A stretch of 64,000 bases of DNA from Candidatus Levyibacteriota bacterium (lineage in GTDB: Bacteria > Patescibacteriota > Microgenomatia > Levybacterales > UBA12049): contig JBPOIT010000012.1 of NCBI GenBank assembly GCA_052034235.1, positions 34,161 through 98,160 of the forward strand. The letters are read 5' to 3'. The notes under the pieces were generated by a model, which worked only from the letters and a program-made list of their open reading frames with translations, was not told where the DNA came from and searched no databases. The position numbers and the translations under genes were made by a program. Shown piece after piece: positions 37,316 through 45,982 of this stretch (position 1 is the first letter of the stretch; every line of letters starts with the position of its first letter).

Positions 37316-37979
37316 CAGGTGTTTCGTCTTTCACTAATTTTCCTTTCTCAAGTCCGATAACACGTTTTAATAAGCTGTTCACAATATCTGTATTATGTGT
37401 CGCCATAATAACTGTCGTTCCGGCTTTATTAATATCCTGAAGAAGTTTTACAATTTCCCAAGAGGTTGTATTATCCAAATTACCTGTCGGCTCATCTGCA
37501 AGCAAAATCTCAGGAGAAAAAGCGAGTGCTCTCGCAATAGCTGCACGCTGCAACTCTCCACCTGAAAGTTGTACTGGAAATTTATCACGGTGTTCTAAAA
37601 TGCCAACTTGCCCAAGGAGTTCTTCAACACGACGCTCTATCTCTTCATGGGGTGTGTTAAATACTTCAAGCGGAAAAGCGATATTTTCGTAAATAGTCCT
37701 GTCTCTAAATAATTTAAGATCCTGAAAAACAACTCCTATACTTTTTCTTAAATGCGGGACTCTTTTGTCAGGAAGATTGACTAAATCCCATTCACCGATA
37801 TGAATCGACCCATCTGTTGGTACCATATCACGAATTAAGAGACGGAAGAGTGTTGTTTTTCCAGAACCAGAAGGTCCCACAATAAAGACGAAATCGCCTC
37901 GCTCTATTGAAAAACTCACATCCTCAAGCGCGGCATTTCCTATCCCGAATTTTTTGGTTACATTTTGAAGACGAATCAT
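37269..37979 (-). CDS. ftsE: Cell division ATP-binding protein FtsE
   Basis: It carries the ABC motifs 'GPSGSGKTTL', 'LSGGELQRAAIARAL' and 'ILLADEPTGNLD'. Confidence 0.9.
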   Translation of the reverse strand: MIRLQNVTKKFGIGNAALEDVSFSIERGDFVFIVGPSGSGKTTLFRLLIRDMVPTDGSIHIGEWDLVNLPDKRVPHLRKSIGVVFQDLKLFRDRTIYENIAFPLEVFNTPHEEIERRVEELLGQVGILEHRDKFPVQLSGGELQRAAIARALAFSPEILLADEPTGNLDNTTSWEIVKLLQDINKAGTTVIMATHNTDIVNSLLKRVIGLEKGKLVKDETPVAPGAAREKKEEKAK

Positions 37980-38476
37980 AATACCTCAACTTTACCGACA
38001 TCCATTAACCACCCAGCGTGTTGCGCGGTTTGCGTAGCACCCCATACTTTGACCTTTTTCCCTACAAATTCTGACAAATCAACTGTTGATGAAGTCATGT
38101 AGACATTTTGACTTTCTCCACCTGGACGAACGAGATGATATTGGCCTTCTCCTTCAATTCCTCCTTTTTCAACAGTTCCATCAGCTGTGTCTTTAAAAGC
38201 ACTTGTATCAGTAACACCATAGGTTTTACCTTTTTCAACTGAACTCACTTTTGGAAGAGGGATTATTTGTTTACCAGAGCCTGCTGAAATCTGGCTTAAA
38301 CCAAATCCAGTGCTAACTCCCAAAACCGCAACACCCAACAAGAGTGCTATCAGCTTTGTGGGAAATGATGACGATGTTGTTGTCTCAGTAAAGCTGTGCA
38401 TAACTGGCGCATTGGCAGGACTGCTTTTCGGAGCTGAACTCGTCGCGTTACTTGTAGGGACAGGTTTATTCTCCAT
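37976..38476 (-). CDS. Hypothetical membrane-anchored secreted protein, first gene of the ftsEX operon
   Basis: A Ser/Thr/Pro-rich N-terminus precedes one TM segment. The stop overlaps the ftsE start. Confidence 0.45.
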   Translation of the reverse strand: MENKPVPTSNATSSAPKSSPANAPVMHSFTETTTSSSFPTKLIALLLGVAVLGVSTGFGLSQISAGSGKQIIPLPKVSSVEKGKTYGVTDTSAFKDTADGTVEKGGIEGEGQYHLVRPGGESQNVYMTSSTVDLSEFVGKKVKVWGATQTAQHAGWLMDVGKVEVL

Positions 38477-38606
38477 AGCACAGGTATCCTAACCTAAAGG
38501 ATAAAGGTCAAGTTTAGTAAAGCATATTTTTTGCCTTTTGGCAACTCTTGACAAGCATGGTACTATATTGTAGAGTTCTCATTGCTCAACACTTGATTAA
38601 ACTATC

Positions 38607-39260
38607 ATGTTTGGTATTCAGAAGTTAGACTTACTTATCGGCTTTTACATCACCTGTGTGCTTCTTTCCGAACTAATGGGAGCAAAAACCGTACCTCTTT
38701 TTTCGATTGGATCATTTAATGTTAACGGCACAGTGTCTCTGCTTGTACTCCCTCTTATTTACTCGATAAACGACGTCGTTGTTGAAGTCTACGGTAAAGA
38801 ACGCGCAAAAAGCTTAATCAGAACAAGCCTTGTGATGATCTTTTTTATCCTCATTTACGCACTCATTGCGACATCCTTGCCGCCAAGCACCAGGTTTAAA
38901 CCAACCGAGGCTGCATACGATACAATCTTTGGCTTATCAGCAAGGTTTGCGGCAGCAAGTCTCATTGCTTTCATCGTCAGTGAGTTTCTTGATGTGTACA
39001 TATTCTCCAAAGTTCGACAAAAACTCGGAAAAGGAAAACTATGGCTCAGAACAAACGTCTCAAATTTTGTTTCCCAATTTATAGATGTCGCGATCTTTAT
39101 GATTTTGGCATTCTATGCATTTGACCTGTCTGCTGCTGAAAACTTCAGCTTTATTGCAGGAATCGCTATCCCCTATTATCTGCTGAGATGTTTTATGTCT
39201 GTTATTGAAACACCTTTTGTTTATGTCGGCGTAAAGTGGTTAAAAAAAGAAAATAAATGA
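38607..39260 (+). CDS. COG1738/YhhQ-family transporter (7-deazapurine queuosine-precursor transporter family)
   Basis: Motifs 'LVLPLIYSINDVVVEVYGKERAKSLI' and 'ASLIAFIVSEFLDVYIFSKVRQ' align with E. coli YhhQ ('FIFLATDLTVRIFGAPLARRII', 'ASFMAYALGQILDVHVFNRLRQ'). Confidence 0.8.
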   Translation: MFGIQKLDLLIGFYITCVLLSELMGAKTVPLFSIGSFNVNGTVSLLVLPLIYSINDVVVEVYGKERAKSLIRTSLVMIFFILIYALIATSLPPSTRFKPTEAAYDTIFGLSARFAAASLIAFIVSEFLDVYIFSKVRQKLGKGKLWLRTNVSNFVSQFIDVAIFMILAFYAFDLSAAENFSFIAGIAIPYYLLRCFMSVIETPFVYVGVKWLKKENK

Positions 39261-39781
39261 AAGTAATCTTGCTTTATGTTTCCTCTATCGATGGGAAAAT
39301 AACCAAATGGGGACAAAAACGTATCCATTTATGGACATCTCCTGAAGATGCCACGTATTTCCGCAGCACTGTTGAAAAAAAGAAACTTCTTGTCATGGGC
39401 AGCAGCACCTTTGATACGGTACACCCTCAACCTGAAAAAGGTATTTTACGTCTGGTTGTCACAAGAAACCCTGAGACATATAAATCATATGCTGTGCCAG
39501 GCCAATTGGAATTTATAAATAGTACACCGACAAAACTTGTTGAAAAACTTACCAATGAAGGTTATAAAGAAATGCTTCTCGTGAGTGGAAAAACGTTATC
39601 AACTGAATTCCTCAAGAAAAAACTTGTTGATGAATTATGGCTCACAATCGAGCCAAAAATATTTGGAAACGGTGACGGAATGGTTCATGATGAAAAACTG
39701 GACATTCAATTAAAAGTAGTAACAGTGCAGAAATTGAATGCTAACGGAACACTTCTAGTAAAATATAAAATTGAACGATGA
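39257..39781 (+). CDS. RibD C-terminal domain / dihydrofolate-reductase-family NADPH reductase
   Basis: 'MKVILLYVSSIDGKITKWGQ...' and 'LLVMGSSTFDTV' fit the PF01872-like pattern. An ATGA overlap joins it to the upstream gene. Confidence 0.75.
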   Translation: MKVILLYVSSIDGKITKWGQKRIHLWTSPEDATYFRSTVEKKKLLVMGSSTFDTVHPQPEKGILRLVVTRNPETYKSYAVPGQLEFINSTPTKLVEKLTNEGYKEMLLVSGKTLSTEFLKKKLVDELWLTIEPKIFGNGDGMVHDEKLDIQLKVVTVQKLNANGTLLVKYKIER

Positions 39782-40542
39782 TTGTTACAGCTTACAAAAC
39801 ACATAAAATTCAACCCGGAGAAAAAATAGAGGCTATCCTTGATCGGTACTTACCAACACTTGAAGAAAACAGTATTGTTGCTATCGCCTCAAAAATTGTA
39901 GGAATCTGCGAAGGTCGCGTTGTGAAAATTGTTTCTGAAGACAATAAAGACGAACAAAAAACTGAACTCGCAATGACAGAGGCAGATTTTTATTTGCCCC
40001 GCGAATTTAATCAATACGGGTTTATGATCACTATTAACAGAAATGTCATGGTCGCCTCAGCAGGTATTGACGAATCAAATAGCGACGGAGCATTTTCATT
40101 ATGGCCGAAGGATCCACAACTGAGTGCAAACACTATTCACGAATACTTATGCCGTAAACATAATAAAACGCATATCGGTGTCATTCTGACTGACAGTAAA
40201 CTCACGCCGCTCAGATGGGGTGTCACTGGCATTGCGATTGCATACAGCGGCTTTTCGGCACTCAATAGTTATATTGGCAAACCAGATATTTTTGGCAGAC
40301 CAATGAAGGCAGAACAAGCAAACATTGCAGATTCTATCGCAACAGCCGCAGTTGTAGAAATGGGAGAAGGCGATGAGCAACAACCTTTAGCTGTCATCAC
40401 TGATGCAAAATTCGTCAATTTTCAAGAGAGAAACCCCACTCTAGAAGAATTACAAAGTCTTAACATCAATCTGGAAGATGACGTGTATGCATCACTCCTT
40501 ACATCAGTGGCCTGGAAAAAAGGAACAAAAACAAGAGAATAA
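39778..40542 (+). CDS. CofE-like gamma-glutamyl ligase (F420-0:gamma-glutamyl ligase family)
   Basis: 'IVAIASKIVGICEGRVV', 'ASAGIDESNSDG', 'IGVILTDSKLTPLRWGVTGIAIAYSG' and 'IADSIATAAVVEMGEGDEQQPLAVI' match the CofE pattern. An ATGA overlap joins it to the upstream gene. Confidence 0.75.
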   Translation: MIVTAYKTHKIQPGEKIEAILDRYLPTLEENSIVAIASKIVGICEGRVVKIVSEDNKDEQKTELAMTEADFYLPREFNQYGFMITINRNVMVASAGIDESNSDGAFSLWPKDPQLSANTIHEYLCRKHNKTHIGVILTDSKLTPLRWGVTGIAIAYSGFSALNSYIGKPDIFGRPMKAEQANIADSIATAAVVEMGEGDEQQPLAVITDAKFVNFQERNPTLEELQSLNINLEDDVYASLLTSVAWKKGTKTRE

Positions 40543-40544
40543 GC

Positions 40545-41051
40545 CTATTCTGCCTGGGTATCTGATGAGGTTGCTGGGGCACAACTAAATGCGGTTACTG
40601 CTTGATTACTTGACTTTTTATCCTCCAAAATCAGCACATTCCCTTGTCCTTCCGGATTGTTGGCACAAAATGCCTGAGGAACACTTAATTGCACGACAAC
40701 AGAGCCATTTGGTGCGATTGTTCCGTAACCACCTTCTGTTATTGAAGCGCCATCAAGACCGGTAATAACTGATGACCAATCCAAGGGATCGGATTTAGGA
40801 TTGGTAATTTTTATATCGCAGAAATAATTTTCTCCAACAAGGTTACAGCCCTGACTTGGACCGACAGCAGCAGATTCAACCGTTTCAGCTTCTTTTGGTA
40901 AATCAAGACTGTGTGCAGGAGGTGCAGTTTGCCGCGTTGCAAAGACATAAAGACCGACACCACTACATATTAAAAGGATACTAATAACAAACAGCCAGTG
41001 TTTTTTTACTGTAGAAACTTTCTTGGATTTGGTACTTTTTACTTTTGCCAT
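40545..41051 (-). CDS. Hypothetical membrane-anchored secreted protein
   Basis: Basic N-terminus 'MAKVKSTKSKK', one TM segment and a Cys-containing extracytoplasmic domain. I chose the internal Met start. Confidence 0.45.
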   Translation of the reverse strand: MAKVKSTKSKKVSTVKKHWLFVISILLICSGVGLYVFATRQTAPPAHSLDLPKEAETVESAAVGPSQGCNLVGENYFCDIKITNPKSDPLDWSSVITGLDGASITEGGYGTIAPNGSVVVQLSVPQAFCANNPEGQGNVLILEDKKSSNQAVTAFSCAPATSSDTQAE

Positions 41052-41128
41052 AAAATACTCTCTCCTATGAGGATAAATAGTTTTCATATGACTTGTCAAT
41101 CAGGATTTTTAAAATGAAGCTAATGACT

Positions 41129-42133
41129 TTAGAGTGTTCGGAGTTCTTCTTGAATAAACATATCTATTTCCCCATCTAACACGCCACCTGTATTACTTGT
41201 TTCGACATTTGTTCGTAAGTCTTTTACCATTTGGTATGGATGGAGAACATACGAGCGGATTTGGTTTCCCCAACCTGGAGTTTTATAGCCGCCCTTGAGC
41301 ACAGCTTCTTCTTTTTTACGTTCTTCTTCTTTTATCGCCCAGAGTTTGGCGCGAAGCAATTTCATTGCGAAATCACGATTTTGAACTTGAGATCTCTCGA
41401 CTGAAGTTGTAACAACAATTCCTGAAGGTTTATGTTTAATGCGAACTGCGGTTGAAACTTTATTCACATTTTGTCCACCATGACCCCCAGAACGGAATGC
41501 TTCAAATTCGATGTCGTCGTCTCTGATTTCAACAGTATTATCCTGATCAAGCTCAGGAAGCACTTCAAGCATAGCAAACGACGTCTGGCGAAGCTTATCA
41601 GCATTAAAAGGAGATTGGCGGACTAAGCGATGAACTCCAGCCTCGTGTTTTAAATTACCATACGCATATTTTCCCTGAACCGCAAGCGTGATACTTTTAA
41701 GTCCTGCTTCTTCACCAGGGGTTTGCTCAATTGTTTCATAAGACCAGCCCTTTTTTTCAAAATATCTTGTGTACATGCGAAAGAGCATTTCTGCCCAATC
41801 CATCGCTTCGGTACCGCCTTGTCCTGAATGAATTGCCAGAATTGCATTTGACTTATCATTGGGGCCTGAATAAAACATGAGCGTTTCGAGTTTTTTAAGT
41901 AATTGTGCTGCTTCGCCAAGTTCACCTTCTTCAACCCACATTTGCAAAAGCTCTATTTCATCAACCTCTTTTTGCAAATCAGACATTTCCTTCATTTTCT
42001 GAGCTGCAGTCTGATGATCATCCCAAAATCCTGCTTGCATTGATTCTGCTTCCAACTCTCGTATCTTTTTTTTATTTTGGTCGACATTCACACGCTCAAC
42101 CAATTTCTGTACTCTAGTTTTAACATCATCCAT
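41129..42133 (-). CDS. prfB: Peptide chain release factor 2 (no programmed +1 frameshift evident)
   Basis: It has the GGQ motif 'SGGHGGQNVNKVSTAV' and the SPF tripeptide 'RQSPFNA'. The ORF is continuous over 334 aa. Confidence 0.85.
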   Translation of the reverse strand: MDDVKTRVQKLVERVNVDQNKKKIRELEAESMQAGFWDDHQTAAQKMKEMSDLQKEVDEIELLQMWVEEGELGEAAQLLKKLETLMFYSGPNDKSNAILAIHSGQGGTEAMDWAEMLFRMYTRYFEKKGWSYETIEQTPGEEAGLKSITLAVQGKYAYGNLKHEAGVHRLVRQSPFNADKLRQTSFAMLEVLPELDQDNTVEIRDDDIEFEAFRSGGHGGQNVNKVSTAVRIKHKPSGIVVTTSVERSQVQNRDFAMKLLRAKLWAIKEEERKKEEAVLKGGYKTPGWGNQIRSYVLHPYQMVKDLRTNVETSNTGGVLDGEIDMFIQEELRTL

Positions 42134-42139
42134 ACTTTT

Positions 42140-42496
42140 TTACTCCTTATCGTTCACCGATTGTAACACATGATCAGCCTGCTCTTTTATAAACTCATGC
42201 ACAAATTGAATGTCATTGGGGATTTTTTGCACACGTGAGACTGTCTCGACAACATCACCAAGGGTAATTTCCAAAGCTTGCTTTTGAATGTTTGCAATGT
42301 GCCCTAAAACGTCAGAACCTATTTTATCGGTAATCTCTTCTGCCCGATTACTACTTGCTCCAAGCACGTCAGACTGCAGATTAAACGTCGCAAAGAGATT
42401 ATTTTTTACCGGCTCAGCATAACGCGACAGCATAAAAACACTCCCAAATATAATGAGTATGAGAAAAATATTTTTCAGGACAGCAAATTTACCCAT
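42140..42496 (-). CDS. Hypothetical small protein with N-terminal TM helix
   Basis: 118 aa, located 6 nt upstream of prfB on the same strand. Confidence 0.4.
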   Translation of the reverse strand: MGKFAVLKNIFLILIIFGSVFMLSRYAEPVKNNLFATFNLQSDVLGASSNRAEEITDKIGSDVLGHIANIQKQALEITLGDVVETVSRVQKIPNDIQFVHEFIKEQADHVLQSVNDKE

Positions 42497-42527
42497 TTCG
42501 CATATTATACCTCATCCAATCTCAAGC

Positions 42528-42557
42528 TTGACACCCGCATAAGAAATAGCTTATAAT
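42528..42557 (+). promoter_or_regulatory. Candidate sigma70-like promoter TTGACA-N18-TATAAT ending 5 nt before the purF ATG (leaderless-type start)
   Basis: The -35 TTGACA is at 42528-42533, the -10 TATAAT at 42552-42557 and the ATG at 42563, with no SD. Confidence 0.45.
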
Positions 42558-42562
42558 TTATT

Positions 42563-44689
42563 ATGAACTTCCATTACACGAAAGAGAAGTGCGGTGTAGT
42601 TGGAGTATGGACCATTGAAAAAGATGCTCCCTATCTAGCACGCCGCGGAATAATTTCCCTCCAACATCGCGGCCAAGAAGGCGCAGGACTCAGCGTGTTA
42701 ACCCCCCAAAAAGACATTGTTACCCATAAAGGCATGGGACTCATCCCTAACGTATTAACTGAAGAAGCAATGACTCAATTAGGATCAAGTAATTTTGCAA
42801 TTGCCCAAAATAGATACGGCACATCAGGAAGCGGCAATGTCAAAAATGCCCAGCCTATAGAGCGAAAGCATGGAGACCTACAAATGTCACTCGGACATAA
42901 CGGAAATATCCCAGATGACCTCCCACTCCTCCGCAAAAAAGCAGGCGACCACAGTAAACAAATCAGCGACACATCACTCATGGCAACACTCATTATGAAA
43001 GAACGCATGACCAGCGACAGTTGGGAAGAAGCGCTCGTTAAAGTTTTGCCAATGTTCAAAGGAGCGTTTTGCAATATCATTCTCACCAATGAACCATCTA
43101 TCTATGCAATGCGCGATCCTTTCGGCATTCGCCCATTATGTTTGGGCAAATTTGAAGACGGTTGGATAATAGCATCAGAATCTGTGTCTCTGGATTCAAC
43201 TGGAGCAGAATTTGTCAGAGATATTATGCCAGGTGAAATAATTAAAATCGATGCCAAGGGTAAGCTCACTTCATTCTTTTATGGAGAACCCAAAAAAGCG
43301 CAACATTGTATCTTCGAATACATTTATTTTGCCAGGCCTGACAGTTTCTTAAATGGAAGACGCGTTAGAGCGGGACGTGAAGAGTCGGGAAGACTGCTCG
43401 CAAAACGAATTCGCGAAAAAGGACTCAAACCAGATGTCGTTATTCCAACATTTGACTCCGGATATGCTGCTGCAAAAGGCTGTGCTGAAGAACTTGGTAT
43501 CCCAATGGTCGATGCAATCACAACAAGCCATTATGTTGGCAGAACCTTTATTCAACCGGGACAATCAAATCGCATCGCTGCGGTAAACGGCAAACACAAT
43601 ATCGTTCCTGATGAAGTGTATGGAAAAAAGATTGTAATTGTTGATGATTCAGCAGTCAGACTCACAACAAGTACACGACTTGCCAGAGGATTTCGTGAAG
43701 CAGGTGTTGCAGAAATATACATGGGCTTTGCCAGTCCTCCAGTTGTCGAACAATGTGATTTAGGGATTGATATGCGGACAAAAAAAGAGTTGCCGGCAGC
43801 CAAATTTATCAAAATGCCATTTGAAAAAATTGAAAAGAAAGTTGCAGAACACGTTGATGCAGACGCAGTCGTCTATCTTCCAATCGAAGAAACCGCTCAA
43901 GCATTTGGCGGTGTCAAAGAAGATTACTACTACTTCCCCTTCGGTGGACCTCATCCAATAAGAGGAATACAGCCAGTCTTTCCTAAAATGAAAAAGCAAC
44001 TCAGTGATAAACCAAAAATTGCAATCTTTATTTCAGGCAAAGGAACTTTTTTGCCAGATATCTTTGAATCAATTAAAAAAAGAGAAATGCATGCCGAGAT
44101 AGTAGATGTTATTTGTAATAAGCCCGATGCTCTTGGACTCGAAAAAGCTAAAAAGTATAACGCTCAAACGACCGTACTTCCCTATGTTAATAAATTTAAA
44201 GATAAAACATTACGAGAGACTTACGATAAAAACCTGATAGCACATCTTAAAAAAGTTAAACCTGATATCATACTCTTATCTGGCTGGCAAATGATTTTAA
44301 GTGAAGCATTTTTGAATGCAGCTCAAGAAATGGAAATCCCTGTTATCAATCACCACCCAGGGCTTCTGACAAGTGATACTTCAGAAGAAGTCGCAACTTC
44401 CAGAGGAAGTATTCCTGTTCTTAGAGGTGGAAGTGTTTGGAAAGATGCTTTTGAAAAGAAACTTCCTGTTTCAGGTATTACCGTGCATCAAGTCTTACCT
44501 GGTGATGGATTTGATGTCGGACCAGTTATTCTTAAAGGAGAAGTACGGATAAAAAAGGATGATACGTTTGAAAGTTGGAGAAAAAAAATGGATGAAATAG
44601 AACATCTCCTCCTGCCTGCAGCACTCAAACGGGTACTGCATGTTATGAAATCAGGAATTGATACCAGTCATGGTAAATATCCCTGGTAG
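42563..44689 (+). CDS. purF: Amidophosphoribosyltransferase fused to a C-terminal GAR formyltransferase (PurF-PurN fusion)
   Basis: The N-terminus has a 9-aa propeptide then 'CGVVGVW' (Ntn Cys) and the PRTase motif 'IVIVDDSAVRLTTS'. The C-terminal ~230 aa, from about 44009, read 'KPKIAIFISGKG', 'VINHHPGLL' and 'GITVHQVLPGDGFDVGPVI' (PurN Asn/His/Asp triad). Confidence 0.85.
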   Translation: MNFHYTKEKCGVVGVWTIEKDAPYLARRGIISLQHRGQEGAGLSVLTPQKDIVTHKGMGLIPNVLTEEAMTQLGSSNFAIAQNRYGTSGSGNVKNAQPIERKHGDLQMSLGHNGNIPDDLPLLRKKAGDHSKQISDTSLMATLIMKERMTSDSWEEALVKVLPMFKGAFCNIILTNEPSIYAMRDPFGIRPLCLGKFEDGWIIASESVSLDSTGAEFVRDIMPGEIIKIDAKGKLTSFFYGEPKKAQHCIFEYIYFARPDSFLNGRRVRAGREESGRLLAKRIREKGLKPDVVIPTFDSGYAAAKGCAEELGIPMVDAITTSHYVGRTFIQPGQSNRIAAVNGKHNIVPDEVYGKKIVIVDDSAVRLTTSTRLARGFREAGVAEIYMGFASPPVVEQCDLGIDMRTKKELPAAKFIKMPFEKIEKKVAEHVDADAVVYLPIEETAQAFGGVKEDYYYFPFGGPHPIRGIQPVFPKMKKQLSDKPKIAIFISGKGTFLPDIFESIKKREMHAEIVDVICNKPDALGLEKAKKYNAQTTVLPYVNKFKDKTLRETYDKNLIAHLKKVKPDIILLSGWQMILSEAFLNAAQEMEIPVINHHPGLLTSDTSEEVATSRGSIPVLRGGSVWKDAFEKKLPVSGITVHQVLPGDGFDVGPVILKGEVRIKKDDTFESWRKKMDEIEHLLLPAALKRVLHVMKSGIDTSHGKYPW

Positions 44690-44706
44690 ATTATAAAATA
44701 GGTATT

Positions 44707-45981
44707 ATGGATAAAAAGAATGTGTTAATCATCGCATCTGGAGGCCGTGAACATGCTCTCGGCTGGAAACTTAAACAATCCGAAAAGGTGGGTAAGATTT
44801 ATTTCGCACCGGGAAATGCCGGCACCGCCAAAATTGGTATTAACACAGATATCGCAGCGCTTGATTTTGCCTCACAAATCGAATTTGCAAAAACTCACGA
44901 TATTGCACTCACCATTGCAGGCCCTGATGATATTTTGGCAGCTGGAGTTGTTGATGCATTTCAAAATGCCGGACTGAAAATTTTTGGTCCTTCAAAAGCT
45001 GCTGCACAAATTGAAGCATCAAAGGCATTTGCAAAAGACCTTATGCAAACAGAAGGTATCCCAACCGCAAAATACCAAACGTTTACTGATGCAGAAAAAG
45101 CAAAAGCATATATCAAAGAACAAGGAGCACCGATTGTTATTAAGGCAAGCGGCTTGGCACTTGGCAAAGGTGTTGTTGTAGCAATGACTCTTGAAGAAGC
45201 TGAGAAAGCAATTGAAGATGCAATGGTTACAAAAGTATTCGGAGATGCAGGATCTGAAGTTGTCATTGAAGAATTTCTACAGGGTCCTGAAGTTTCGATT
45301 CACGCCTTTTCAGACGGAGAAAACGTAGCACTCTACCCAGCTTCTCGTGATCATAAACCAATTTTCGAAGACAACAAAGGCCCCAACACAGGTGGCATGG
45401 GAACTATTGCTCCACTTCCTGAGATCTCCTCTGAGCAACTTGAAACTATAAAAAAGACAATTGTACTTCCGGCAATTGAAGGTATGAAGAAAAGAGGTAT
45501 ACCATTTGTTGGTACACTTTACCCCGGGCTTATGATGACAAAGGACGGTCCAAAAGTTATTGAATTTAATTGCAGATTTGGTGATCCAGAATTTGAATCA
45601 TACATGCGGCTTCTTAAAACAGATATCTATGACATTTTGGTCGCTTGTGTTGACGGAACACTTGCAGATCTTACGATTGAATGGCACGATCAATTCGCTT
45701 GCTGTATCATACTTGCATCAGCTGGCTATCCTGCTAGTTCACAAAAAGGTATTGCTATACAAGGACTCGAAACTGTATCTGGAGATGTTGTTGTTTTCCA
45801 TTTGGGAACCAAACAGGACGGCGAAAATATCGTCACAAATGGCGGGAGAGTTATTGGCGTAACCGCTGTTGGTAACACACTTGATGAAGCACTTGATAAA
45901 GCATATAGTGCAATTGGAGAGAACGGCATTCATTTTGAGGGAATGCAATATAGAAAAGATATAGGAAGGGTTACTGTATAA
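44707..45981 (+). CDS. purD: Phosphoribosylamine--glycine ligase
   Basis: 'VLIIASGGREHALGWKL' and 'FAPGNAG' in a 424-aa ATP-grasp protein. Confidence 0.9.
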   Translation: MDKKNVLIIASGGREHALGWKLKQSEKVGKIYFAPGNAGTAKIGINTDIAALDFASQIEFAKTHDIALTIAGPDDILAAGVVDAFQNAGLKIFGPSKAAAQIEASKAFAKDLMQTEGIPTAKYQTFTDAEKAKAYIKEQGAPIVIKASGLALGKGVVVAMTLEEAEKAIEDAMVTKVFGDAGSEVVIEEFLQGPEVSIHAFSDGENVALYPASRDHKPIFEDNKGPNTGGMGTIAPLPEISSEQLETIKKTIVLPAIEGMKKRGIPFVGTLYPGLMMTKDGPKVIEFNCRFGDPEFESYMRLLKTDIYDILVACVDGTLADLTIEWHDQFACCIILASAGYPASSQKGIAIQGLETVSGDVVVFHLGTKQDGENIVTNGGRVIGVTAVGNTLDEALDKAYSAIGENGIHFEGMQYRKDIGRVTV

Positions 45982-45982
45982 G

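Noticed and set aside
38548-38576. TTGACA hexamer upstream of the yhhQ-family operon as a promoter
   Set aside because: TTGACA is present at 38548-38553, but no acceptable -10 occurs at 16-19 nt spacing (TATATT at 10 nt, TAGAGT at 17 nt), which is too weak to report.
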